Source: Tubiluchus corallicola
Lineage: Eukaryota > Animalia > Priapulida
Reading direction: 5' to 3'
Assembly (NCBI GenBank): GCA_030141605.1
Contig: JAQGDQ010001219.1
Location: 1 to 54,428, forward strand
DNA: 54,428 bases
This document shows, one piece after another, positions 12,472 through 23,873 of the stretch. The notes beneath the pieces are model-generated. The model was given only the letters and a program-made list of their open reading frames with translations. It did no database searches and was not told the DNA's origin. The position numbers were made by a program, and so were the translations under genes. Numbering within the stretch: position 1 is the stretch's first letter; every line of letters begins with the position of its first letter.

Positions 12472-13079
12472 TTATTTCAAAATAAATTCATAACATATTT
12501 CTTCGATAGTCACCCTATGGAGGATTCTCAGTCCAAACTCTTCTGGTGGGTATTGAGTAGCGGGACTTGCTATGTGAGCTAGAGCCAAGTTGTCAGAAAT
12601 GATAAAATCCCCAGCTTCCCACTTATGCGAGTAAATAAACTTTCCATTTTCTCTCGTAATTTCCTTATATTATCTCTTATATTCCTTATATAATGAATAT
12701 CTCTTATTATCGCTTCAGTTTCTAACATGTCTGTCAGTCGTTCTTGGGGCGTCCCTTTGTCCCATAAAAACAGTTCCGTATGACCAAGCCGAAGACATAA
12801 CACCGTCTCATTTGTAACTGGATGCGAGTAGACCACTGGATGCTCCACTTTTACTACATTAAAGTGCTTGCGCAAATGAAGTCTTTCCCATGTTTTTCTC
12901 CTTTCTCTATCAAGTCCCTTAACCAGATCATTCAGGGCAACATACATCGTATCTCCATCTTTTGGCACAGAAATAATATGTAAGAGGGCATAGCTGAACG
13001 GTTTTGGCATGTATGTGCCGTCAATGTGCCAACCCTCGTTTCCAAAGTTCATTAGGCCTTCATCCGAATAATTGGAAAC
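12472..13079 (-). pseudogene. TauD/TfdA-family 2OG-Fe(II) dioxygenase copy, frameshifted
   Basis: Near-identical to 21415-21996 (WHIDGTY motif) but 26 nt longer owing to an insertion near 12667-12693. Confidence 0.85.
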
Positions 13080-13116
13080 TTTTGTAGAAGATGAAGATTA
13101 GGATTAGGAGTAGGAG

Positions 13117-13330
13117 TAGGACAGAACCCAGAGTGAGATCAGGACTATGACTGTCTTTGTATATTATGAATAATTTCGTTTATATAGACTATACACAAGA
13201 AAGGTCCTAGGATAGAACCCAGAGTGATATCAGGATCATGACTGTCATTGTATATTATGAATAATGTCGTTTATATAGACAAGAAACGAGAAAGGGCCTA
13301 GGATAGACCCCAGAGTGATATCAGGGCCAT
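13117..13330 (-). repeat. ~90-bp minisatellite, ~2.3 copies
   Basis: Reverse complement of units at 20982-21377. Confidence 0.9.
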
Positions 13331-14180
13331 AATAATGGCCGACCCAGCTCGCCCAGAAGACATTATTCTGTATCTTTTCTTAAGCTCAGCAACCCCAGCT
13401 CTTCCTGAGTCCCCATTCCACAGGCACCTGGGTCTGTCAATTTTATGATCTTTGATCCTCGCCTAAGAAATAGAGTGATCATGAATGCAATTTGTCTTCT
13501 CTGATTTCTGGGTTTTCTTGATTTTATTGCCTACCCAAATATATAACTTTTCATATCACCTCTGGGGGATCAAAACCCTTGAATTTACATCCATGAATGC
13601 TTCTAGATCATCTTTTTCATGTTCCCAGTGATTATGAAGATGCTTTGTAAACTCTAAGCATCAGCATCAGATACATCATTATACCTCCTACAATAAGACG
13701 CCATCTTGTGAGATAACTTTCAGTTTTAACCATTTATGCTTTTATAACAAGCATCTTTGTGTCAGTCTAATAATGAAACTTAGACTGACAATTATTATAA
13801 TAATTTCTTAAATAATTTACCTAATTAGATGAGCTCTTAGCGGTCTGCACCACTGGCACCGCAAAATAGTCATTGTGCATTCAGGCTTTCTGACTCATTG
13901 TGCAATTAGAACTATTTCTGTAGAAAACTGTTGTAAAAAGTTGTAAACCTGTCTACATTTCTGAACGTGAACAGCTAATGAGAACTAGTTTATTGCATTT
14001 CAATTTGGATTTTGCAAACTGATCTAAATTTACATTAGATTATTTTACAAATTTTCTCTGATGCAGCTCTAAATTAAAACTTTAATTGCATCGTCTTACT
14101 GCTCACATGAAGTCCTTTAAATTTTAGATAGATGCTGCCAAATGTAGCAAGAATCTGTGGATCGAAATTGATAGAAATAA

Positions 14181-14385
14181 CTAGGTGTTTGAAAATAAAC
14201 TTATAGGAATTGAACGCCTTTATTCATTAGTAGAAGGCTTATCAGGGTATAAAGATAAACTGTCTTTTCTTAATAAGTTCCAGTTATTTGTATGTGTCTG
14301 TATTTGACAATTAGAAAACGTCTAACGCATTTTCATTTCGAGAAATGAGATGCACAAACTGCTAAAACATCGTTGGCTGTTCATG
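14181..14385 (-). mobile_element. Older, diverged Penelope-like GIY-YIG C-terminal remnant
   Basis: Translates as ...TNNWNLLRKDSLSLYPDKPSTNE*RRSIPISLFSNT*, homologous to 19476-19583. Confidence 0.6.
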
Positions 14386-14792
14386 CTCACCATACACCAC
14401 GTGAATTCGGTTACAGTAGCAACATTTGAAGAAAAAGTTGCTTCCGAGTCCTGCTCAGTCGAATCCCAGCTGAGGTCAAGAACTTCCGAACTCTCCTCAC
14501 AAGGTACAAGCTCTGTAAAAAGTTATCAATGAATAAATAATTATGTCAGAATCTGTTGTGATGAAATTTTAATTAATAAAATAATCATCTTGATGGTGTT
14601 AGTAATAAACACAGTTTATATTTTACAGTATTATTTATCACATTGTGCTTATTAATGAATATTTGAACCTATCTATATAACATTTACATATTCGGATCAA
14701 TGCAGATTATATATTAGAAAAATATGTAAGAATTTAAATAGGACATCTTTTGCAAAAGCTTGATTAGTGAACTCTCAAACTTAGCATAGAAA

Positions 14793-15310
14793 AACCTACG
14801 TCTAAGCTACATTACTTACAGCAAAACCGGACTCAGTCTTAAACTGCAGGTCAAAACAAACTATTCTGTAAAATATTGAAATGAAACATACTTTTTTCAA
14901 GAATGACATACGCGAAAGAATTGTTAACACAATTTCACGTTCATTGCCACTAGTTCTTCGCTTGTACATGTATTTCGCCATTCGTTAGTTAGATGGGCAC
15001 TAATGCCTGCATGTCGGAAATGCATTGCACAAAAAACGTGTGCTGTAACTTAAAGTTCAGATGTGTTAGTTTGTGACGAGCTACACACGTTCGACAGCTC
15101 ATGCGTGAGCACAGCCGTAAATATGGATATTGAATTTTTATCTTAAACCTTGCCTAGTTTTAGTGCAACACACTGCATATCTTGCAGTAACACTGTACTT
15201 AAATTTTCGCTTTCACAAACACGTACAACACGCTCGTGGAGTATTTTTGCTCTTGAAAATCATGTTAGTTTTTGATCTGACTAATAGTTCGGCTCGCCTG
15301 CCGTTTATTA
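14793..15310 (+). repeat. Second copy of the repeat at window start (decayed Penelope-like region)
   Basis: Direct alignment to 1-430. Confidence 0.7.
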
Positions 15311-17790
15311 AGATTTTAATCTATTATTTAATTATCAGGAACACTTTTGTAGTGTTAATTGTGTTAAAATCTAAACTTTTAATCCGACTTGAAAATTGGG
15401 TTGTATATGAAAAATCATCCTGTCTTCCTTTAATCCTCACAACATCTTATTCCATGCACTATTTTTGATGCAGGTGTGGTACATTCCACAGGGCTGTCCA
15501 GTACCTATCCAACCCACCTTTAATAAAGCAATTATACACCTAGGCGTACGTCTGGGAAGCCTAATTATGGCAGACTTGAAGGCTCTAATTATTACACTAT
15601 GAAGCATCGTAGGATGTAATTCACCTTTGATGATTTAGTGAAATCTCAACACATGGACCCACTATTCACCCAACTGTCTCTCCACAGGTCGTAGGGTGCT
15701 TTTGTACAACAGACAACCCTTTGACTAATGGCTCGCCCGAACTGGAGTCATTAGAATTGTTATACCACTGTTTAGCAGAAGCGTGCAATACAAGTCGTTT
15801 ACAGCGAAAGAATATCTTCTATTTTAGTCAGTAAGCACATAAATTTCTTTCTAATATTGGAGGAAACGCTTCATGGGGGGAGGGGGGAGTAGGTATCTCC
15901 CTCCCTCTCTCCCTATCTCTAATCAATTAGGGCGTGGCTCATTAAGATATTTTTTCTTACCGTTTACTAAAGCCCTTTCAGCTTCGTCAACCTTCCTGGG
16001 AAGAAAACTGACATGGTATTGACCATCAGTGGTCAGCATTGTCACCACAACTGTCAGAACCTGAAAAATTAATAATTTTGTAGGAAGTGAAAATTAACTA
16101 AAATGAATAAATTACAATTGAAATAAATTATGATTTGATTATAATATTACAAATATAATTACACATTTTACAAAATATAGTTGCATAATTTCACTTACTT
16201 TAACAAAGAAACATAAAGATATTGTAATGGCCCGTGAATACAGGGGCAAACCATAGGAGCCAATTAATGGTAGTCGCTGCTAAGTTCGATCAGTTCCTTG
16301 GCCGAGCTAGAGGTACTAACCGACTGCCCACTAAAGAAACAGACAATAGCTGAGCGTAGGCAGACTCTACGGGGGCTCTACCTAAATAGCATGGATTCTT
16401 TTGTGGTGGGATTGATTAAAAACAGGCTTTCCATCTATACCTCAAAAACCAAACTGTAACCAGTCGAATAAATGACAAAATATTAAGTTTAATGACACAA
16501 ACAAAAACAGTTGTATAATTGAGCTTTTTGTAAACAATGGAAATTAGTAATAAGCAAAAGTAAATCTGAAAAATGCTACTAAACAGCATGGCATGAAATA
16601 AATGCAATGACAAAACATACAAAAATCATACAGTGTTCCTACCTATTTAAAGGGGTTCTACTTACTCTACCAGCCACCCCAAAATGCGTACGCTAGCATA
16701 GTATATTCTCCAGACAAATGTAGTTTGTGGTCATAGTCCTTTAGAACGACTAAAGTGTGGTTCAAACTTCATCTAACGGGTTCACAACTCCCGCAGTAAC
16801 GACGCAAAAAGTCTGAGAGAAACGTAGTTAAATGTTTAACATAAGTCTATCAAAAGAGTGACGTGTGAGCGGAGCAGTAGGCACACGTGCGTTCGGAAAT
16901 TCACATCAAAACAAGTTCTCCCTCTGGCCAATTAACGATAACGTAAGTAAACAGGTACCTTTGCCTTCCGGTTTATTAGCATAAAGTTCCTACCCGGGCA
17001 GTGACGAGTTCCCATGCGATGGACTGTCGAGCTGGGTACCTTTCCAACTGCACGACGGTGCTTTCATATGATCCGAAACGACATCTTCCCGGCAAGGTAA
17101 GATCAGCAAAGCCATGTAAACCAATGAGTGGACATCTTCCACCACCACAAATAGATCATTAGCTTAATAAGAAATGCAATAAACTAGTTCTCATTAGCTG
17201 TTCACGTTCAGAAATGTAGACAGGTTTACAACTTTTTACAACAGTTTTCTACAGAAATAGTTCTAATTGCACAATGAGTCAGAAAGCCTGAATGCACGAT
17301 GACTATTTTGCGGTGCCAGTGGTGCAGACCGCTAAGAGCTCATCTAATTAGGTAAATTATTTAAGAAATTATTATAATAATTGTCAGTCTAAGTTTCATT
17401 ATTAGACTGACACAAAGATGCTTGTTATAAAAGCATAAATGGTTAAAACTGAAAGTTATCTCACAAGATGGCGTCTTATTGTAGGAGGTATAATGATGTA
17501 TCTGATGCTGATGTTTAGAGTTTACAAAGCATCTTCATAATCACTGGGAACATGGAAGAGATGATCTAGAAGCATTCATGGATGTAAATTCGAGGGTTTT
17601 GATCCCTCAGAGGTGATATGAAAAGTTATATATTTGGGTAGGCAATAAAATCAAGAAAACCCAGAAATCAGAGAAGACAAATTGCATTCATGATCACTCT
17701 GTTTCTTATGTGAGGATCACAGATCATGAAATTGACAGATGCAGGTGCATGTGGAATGGGGACTCAGGAAGAGCTGGGTCGGCCATTATT

Positions 17791-18449
17791 ATGGCCCTGA
17801 AATCGCTCTGGGCTCTATTCTAGGCCCTTTCTTTTTTTGTCTATATAAACAACATTATTCATAATATACAGTGACAGTCATGGTCCTGATATCACGCTGG
17901 GCTCTATCCTAGGCCCTTTCTTTTTCTTGTCTATATAAACGACATTATTCATAATATACAATGACAGTCATGGTCCTGATATCAGTCTGGGCTCTATCCT
18001 AGGCCCTTTCTTTTTCTTGTCTATGTAAACGACATTATTCATAATATACTATGAGAGTCATGGTCCTGATATCACTCTGGGCTCTATTCTAGGCCCTTTC
18101 TTTTTTTGTCTATATAAACGACATTATTCATAATATACAGTGACAGTCATGGTCCTGATATCACGCTGGGCTCTATCCTAGGCCCTTTCTTTTTCTTGTC
18201 TATATAAACGACATTATTCATAATATACAATGACAGTCATGGTCCTGATATCAGTCTGGGCTCTATCCTAGGCCCTTTCTTTTTCTTGTCTATGTAAACG
18301 ACATTATTCATAATATACTATGAGAGTCATGGTCCTGATATCACTCTGGGCTCTATCCTAGGCCCTTTCTTTTCTTTGTCTATATAAACGACATTATTCA
18401 TAATATACAGTCACCGCCATGGTCCTGATATCACTCTGGGCTCTATCCT
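17791..18449 (+). repeat. ~90-bp minisatellite, ~7.3 copies
   Basis: gacattattc recurs at 17941, 18031, 18120, 18210, 18300 and 18390. Confidence 0.96.
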
Positions 18450-18502
18450 TCCTATTGATGACAGAATTTTGTGAAAAAACGGAGACGTTTTCTGCATTTC
18501 AG

Positions 18503-18701
18503 CACAACCATTTTCCCGGATCAGGAAAAGAAACTTGCCAGAAGGACGGTTTCTGGAGAAACATCAAATTTCTAAGAGGCAAATACGGAACAGAAGATTT
18601 TAGCTTCGTACCTCTTACGTTTATCTTACCAGCCCAGAAGGGTGGCGTTCAAAAGATATTTGGAAGAGAATCCCAAAGAAAGACAATGGATTTATAAACC
18701 G
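18503..18701 (+). pseudogene. TTLL4/5-type tubulin polyglutamylase single-exon fragment, frameshifted
   Basis: ttttctgcatttcAG|CACAACCATTTTCCC...TGGATTTATAAACCG|GTattt. The NHFPG...KD.LWRN...F.P.TF.LP...WI.KP motifs are typical of TTL-family proteins; 199 nt, with a frame change near LPAQK/RRVAF. Confidence 0.85.
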
Positions 18702-19099
18702 GTATTTACAACACTTACAATCTTAATATTTCTAAATAAATATCAATTTGAAATTCATAGAAACAATAGTGCTCTCATTCACTTAATGTAAAAATGTTGA
18801 AAAATTTCGTTCTGTTGTGCAAATAAACTGTAACAGGACAGACAAGCTGATAAATATGTGAAATGGACCTCTTCCCAATAACATCCTTGGCTTAAACGAG
18901 AACTGGACCCTATCTTAAGCTATGGCACAAAACTATCTAATCTTCAAATTATTGAAAGGGAACATACTGTTCCTTCAAGAATGAATTACGTGCAAGAATT
19001 ATTACACCAGAAACGTAATTTCATATTCACGTAAATTACTTCTAACCTTCTGCATGCATTTTGATAATTCGTTAGTGAGGTGGGCAAGAGCGTCTCCAT

Positions 19100-19583
19100 C
19101 TCGACTAGTGCCTCCAACTCTAAATATGGTTCAATTGTGATGTGGCACACACGTTCGAGAGCTCGTGTGTGAGCATAGCGGTAGATTTAAAATTTGAATT
19201 CTAAATCTAAACAAAATTTGCGGACTTTTTATATATCACGAAAAATGTTGTACAGTTACTGTAGCATTGTGCACTTTTATTTCTGCTTTCGCAAGCACAT
19301 GCAACAAGCTCATGGAATGTTTGTGCTGTTGAAAAATATGTTCAGTTGTGATGTCATCACTATTTGTGCTCGATTAATCCCAAATTTTTAACCGCATGAA
19401 CAGCCAATGATGTTTTAGCTCTTGTGTTAATGAAAATGTGTTAGACGCTTTTTAATTGTCAAATACAGATATACAAATAACTGGAACTTATTAAGAAAAG
19501 GAAGTTTATCTATATACCCTAATAATCCTTCTTTTAATGTACAAAGCAGTTCAATTCCTTTAAGTTTATTTTCAAACACTTAG
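19100..19583 (+). mobile_element. Decayed Penelope-like element GIY-YIG endonuclease C-terminus
   Basis: HVRELVCEHSG near 19149; NNWNLLRKGSLSIYPNNPSFNVQSSSIPLSLFSNT* at 19476-19583 matches the recalled PLE C-terminal pattern (L.IKESL.I....P.LN.Q..S.PL.LF); followed ~130 nt later by a hammerhead. Copies at ~10268-10750(-) and ~27800-28194. Confidence 0.65.
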
Positions 19584-19713
19584 CTATTTGTTACTGTATC
19601 AATTTCTTTTCTTCTGGCCTGCTTTATTATTACCTATTTGCCTTCTGTTAACTACTTAATTAGTGCCATAATAGGCTCTGCCTATATAAACTGGTTGTAT
19701 GTTTGTAAATTTA

Positions 19714-19752
19714 CCACTGATGATGACAGCAGCAGCCTGTCGAAACGTTTGG
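19714..19752 (+). ncRNA. Minimal type I hammerhead ribozyme motif (Penelope-type)
   Basis: CCA CTGATGA T GACAG cagcagc CTGTC GAAAC GTT TGG; predicted cleavage after 19749; TATATAAA at 19683 and AATAAA at ~19785. Confidence 0.8.
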
Positions 19753-20981
19753 CATGATTTTAACTTTTATAATGTAAAAGTTTTAATAAAGTTGTGTAAT
19801 TTTTAACTATAAATGTTTTTCATTGTCTGTAAAAAATACGGAATCATTTTAATCGAGCATAATATTTGAATTCCGAGAAAACAGTCGATCCGTGATCCAT
19901 ATATTGATCAAGAACTCTCAAAAGTGAGACTGGCAACAGCGCATTATTTCCGTTTTTCAAGTGAAGAAGTATTTCTATGTTTAAAAATGACTTTATTCCG
20001 AACAAAAGACGTCAGGCGTGAATATAAAACTGTTAGCGAAGTGAAAATGCCTATCACAAATTATCATCAACTGCTGTTAGTATTTTTATAAGAGTGCTGT
20101 ACTCGTCAGCACAGGTAAAATAACCATTACAATAAAATCTGTTTATTTTATTAACATACTAACCATAAGTTTAGATATTTACAAAATTTTAGTCATAAAC
20201 GAGAGAATTAGTCAGAATTAGTGCTGCATCAGAGAAAATTTGTAAAATAATCTAATGTAAATTTAGATCAGTTTGCAAAATCCAAATTGAAATGCAAAAA
20301 AACTAGTTCTCATTGGCTGTTAACATTCAGTAAAGTGGACAGGTTTACAACTTTATACAACAGTTTTCTACAGGAATAGTTCTAAATGCAAAATGAGTCA
20401 GACAGCCTGAATGCACCATGACTATTTTGTGATGCCAGTGGTGCAGACCGCTAAGAGCTCATCTAATTAGGTAAATTATTTAAAGAAATTATTAAAAATC
20501 TAAATTCTGTTCTAGGCCAAGTTGTATGAGACAGACTCATTATTAGACTAACACAAAGACGCTCGTTATAAAAGCATAAATAGTTAAAACTGAAAGTTAT
20601 CTCACAAGATGGCGTCTTATTGTAGAAGGTATTAAATGTATCTGATGCTGATGTTTAGAGTTTACAAAACTTCTTCATAATCACTGGGAACATGGAAAAG
20701 ATGATCTAGAAGCACTGAAGGATGTAAATTCGAGGGTTTTGATCCCTCAGAGGTGAAGTGAAAAGTTATATATCTGGGTAGGCAATAAAATCAAGAAAAC
20801 CCAGAAATCAGAGAAGACAAATTGCATTCATGATCACTCTGTTTCTTATGTGAGGATCACAGATCATGAAATTGACAGATGCAGGTGCCTGTGGAATGGG
20901 GACTCAGGAAGAGCTGGGGTTGCTGAGCTTAAGAAAAGATACAGAATAATGTCTTCTGGGCGAGCTGGGTCGGCCATTATT

Positions 20982-21377
20982 ATGGCCCTGATATCACTCT
21001 GGGGTCTATCCTAGGCCCTTTCTCGTTTCTTGTCTATATAAACGACATTATTCATAATATACAATGACAGTCATGATCCTGATATCACTCTGGGTTCTAT
21101 CCTAGGACCTTTCTTGTGTATAGTCTATATAAACGAAATTATTCATAATATACAAAGACAGTCATGGTCCTGATATCACTCTGGGTTCTATCCTAGGACC
21201 TTTCTTGTGTATAGTCTATATAAACGACATTATTCATAATATACAATGACAGTCATGGTCCTGATATCACTCTGGGCTCTATCCTAGGACCTTTCTTGTG
21301 TATAGTCTATATAAACGAAATTATTCATAATATACAAAGACAGTCATAGTCCTGATCTCACTCTGGGTTCTGTCCTA
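20982..21377 (+). repeat. ~90-bp minisatellite variant, ~4.3 copies
   Basis: Same unit as 17791-18449 with variant ...cctaggacctttcttgtgtatagtctatataaacg. Confidence 0.93.
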
Positions 21378-21441
21378 CTCCTACTCCTAATCCTAATCTT
21401 CATCTTCTACAAAAGTTTCCAATTATTCGGATGAAGGCCTA

Positions 21442-21996
21442 ATGAACTTTGGAAACGAGGGTTGGCACATTGACGGCACATACATACCAAAATCGTTCAG
21501 CTATGCCCTCTTACATATTGTTTCTGTGCCAAAAGATGGAGATACGATGTATGTTGCCCTGAATGATCTGGTTAAGGGACTTGATAGAGAAAGGAGAAAA
21601 ACATGGGAAAGACTTCATTTGCGCAAGCACTTTAATGGAGTAAAAGTGGAGCATCCAGTTGTCTACTCGCATCCAGTTACAAATGAGACGGTGTTATGTC
21701 TTCGGCTTGGTCATATGGAACTGTTTTTATGGGACAAGGGGACGCCCCAAGAACGACTGACAGACATGTTAGAAACTGAAGCGATAATAAGAGATATTCA
21801 CAAGGAAATTACGAGAGAAAATGGAAAGTTTATTTACTCGCATAAGTGGGAAGCTGGGGATTTTATCATTTCTGACAACTTGGCTCTAGCTCACATAGCA
21901 AGTCCCGCTACTCAATACCCACCAGAAGAGATTGGACTGAGAATCCTCCATAGGGTGACTATCGAAGAAATATGTTATGAATTTATTTTGAAATAA
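21442..21996 (+). CDS. TauD/TfdA-family 2-oxoglutarate/Fe(II) dioxygenase, N-terminally truncated, no introns in this segment
   Basis: HxD motif WHIDGTY, GDTMYVAL, HPVVYSHPVT, HKWEAGDFIISDNLALAH...RILHRVTI. Homology extends to VSN at 21415; in-frame stop at 21394. Confidence 0.85.
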   Translation: MNFGNEGWHIDGTYIPKSFSYALLHIVSVPKDGDTMYVALNDLVKGLDRERRKTWERLHLRKHFNGVKVEHPVVYSHPVTNETVLCLRLGHMELFLWDKGTPQERLTDMLETEAIIRDIHKEITRENGKFIYSHKWEAGDFIISDNLALAHIASPATQYPPEEIGLRILHRVTIEEICYEFILK

Positions 21997-22192
21997 GGAA
22001 TTAATCAATAGAAAATTCGAAATTAGATTAATCATAATAGATTAGATTCTGAACGAAGATTATGCCGTTCAGCTATGATGACTCACTCAGCTTGCACCTT
22101 GAATTTACTGCATAAAGGATCAGAGGTTGGAAGATCATAGAAAACTTATATTATAAACAGAAATTAGAAGTCAGATAACGACAGTTGAACTT

Positions 22193-23239
22193 TGTAAAGT
22201 AGGAAGGGCTATTAGCCCACATTGCATAGCTCAGACTTGGTACCCTCGAACTTCCGAGTAAAATCGCCAATTGTCAAAAGCTATTGTTCATGAGCAGAGT
22301 CGTAGTAAGACACAAGTGTCGTCAGTTCAATTAATAATTAATCTAAAGACAGAAGCTATATGTCATTAGGGCTAATACAATAGAAGTCTTGTCCGAGTTG
22401 CGATAGATGTACCAAGTTAAGTTGTTGTGGCGCTGATCGTGTCACTGACGATGTCATGTCAACTGACCCTGCATTCAAAAGGAGAGTGCTGAGAGTTTTT
22501 GGCGGTTGTTGGTTGCCGGGTGCTGGAAGTCGAGGGTCGTGGGCGTAGCTGTCGTGTCGAGGTCTGTTGCAGAGAAATTCTTGAGGTAGGAGATTGTACT
22601 ATAGCTCAGCGTGGAGAAGAGTTCTGCGTAGTTTGATCAATCAAACCTCTGGGGCTTAGACGTCTCTACTAGGATTTCGGATCTGGCCAATTACAGTCGT
22701 AAGACCACAAGTTAAGTAACATTACAATCTATTCAGTAATTGCTAAAACAGATCGAGCGAATTTATATTAACTTTTACTTTGTATGAAGTAACGATTGTT
22801 GAGTAACAGATAAACTTTGTTAACTTGAACTGTAAAACTTCAGCTATCAACAGTAGTTGTGAGCGCCAAAAGCGCATAGGTAAACAAAATTGTTAATCGC
22901 TTTATCAATCAGTGGATGTTTAGTAATTGTTCAATAAATCTATATATTACTGATACTTATTTGTTCGATGCACTTTGTAAGATTGAGAGAATACGTAAGT
23001 GCATACTCGTAAAGACACTGTCCGCTGCACGAATCTATACATAGAGTTATTCACATTGAGACGGCTTATTGTGGAAGCCTGCTTGTCAACTAGGGGGATA
23101 AAGATTTATAACACGACGCATATTTCGTGGTTCAAGGTCGTGCGGGAAGATATCATTGCCCTATCGACGCAACCGAAGCTCCCGTAGTCGGGTGATTAAT
23201 TTATTACAATTAATTGCTTCAAAGCGAGTGTACTTTATA
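22193..23239 (+). mobile_element. Possible solo LTR remnant inside the TauD unit
   Basis: Starts TGTAAAGTA and ends TACTTTATA (9-bp inverted ends, 1 mismatch); ~1.05 kb with internal AATAAA. No target-site duplication found. Confidence 0.3.
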
Positions 23240-23329
23240 TAGTTACCGAATGGTTCCGGTAAAACAAATATCTCAACAAATCAAGGCGTATGACCTCAAC
23301 AGGTCAACGAACAGGAAAGAAAACCATCC

Positions 23330-23690
23330 AAATAAGAATTTAATCTATATGGATGCTTGCAGTGCAAATCTGTTGAAAGATCAGCTTTTTTAGTTATTCA
23401 CATATTATGAAACTCCATTTCATGAGGATCATTTTGATGCCAAGTTCATCGCTTTATGGTATTTCTAAGCTGAGATAATTCACGTTAAATAATTGCGTAA
23501 CGAAAAACTAGACTAGAGTTGACCTTTGTTTTTATCCAATTTCTACAAAAACACCTTAATAACCGTACGAAATGGTGGTTGCTATGGAATTGTAGACGTA
23601 CCTGGCACTGCTGGTGAATTTCGTAGTGAATTTGGTGAATGCCGTGTGCAACAAGTACGACCAATTTACTACTTTAAGTGAAAAACGAAA
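23330..23690 (+). repeat. Dispersed repeat (related copy at ~34340-34620; inverted copy at ~11690-12050)
   Basis: gaggatcattttgatgccaagttcatc...tgagataat shared with 34434-34488. Confidence 0.6.
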
Positions 23691-23834
23691 CATCAAACAC
23701 TTAGCTATTTGTTACTGTATCAATTTCTTTTCTTCTGGCCTGCTTTATTATTACCTATTTGCCTTCTGTTAACTACTTAATTAGTGCCATAATAGGCTCT
23801 GTCTATATAATCTGGTTGTATGTTTGTAAATTTA

Positions 23835-23873
23835 CCACTGATGATGACAGCGCCAGCCTGTCGAAACGTTTGG
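23835..23873 (+). ncRNA. Minimal type I hammerhead ribozyme motif (Penelope-type)
   Basis: CCA CTGATGA T GACAG cgccagc CTGTC GAAAC GTT TGG; predicted cleavage after 23870. Confidence 0.8.

Larger units (their letters stand above)
9209..14160 (-). mobile_element. Inverted, internally deleted copy of the hammerhead-delimited cassette array (left arm)
   Basis: Reverse-complement matches: 9209-11358 to ~18496-20645, 11359-12347 to ~23036-24024, 12348-13440 to ~20870-22121, 13440-14001 to ~17171-17740, ~14070-14160 to ~31660-31770. Confidence 0.8.

Noticed and set aside
18419-18697. 92-aa ORF as a secreted TTLL mini-protein (hydrophobic N-terminus)
   Set aside because: Its ATG and 'signal' come from the 90-bp repeat and intron flank, and the C-terminus is out of frame with TTLL homology.
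21373-21396. Telomeric repeat
   Set aside because: Only two TCCTAA plus two TCCTAC; better explained as stutter of the adjacent unit end.
21442-21996. Bacterial contamination suggested by a TauD-like ORF
   Set aside because: It is embedded in animal-type retroelements and spliceosomal exon fragments and is duplicated together with them; no operon context.
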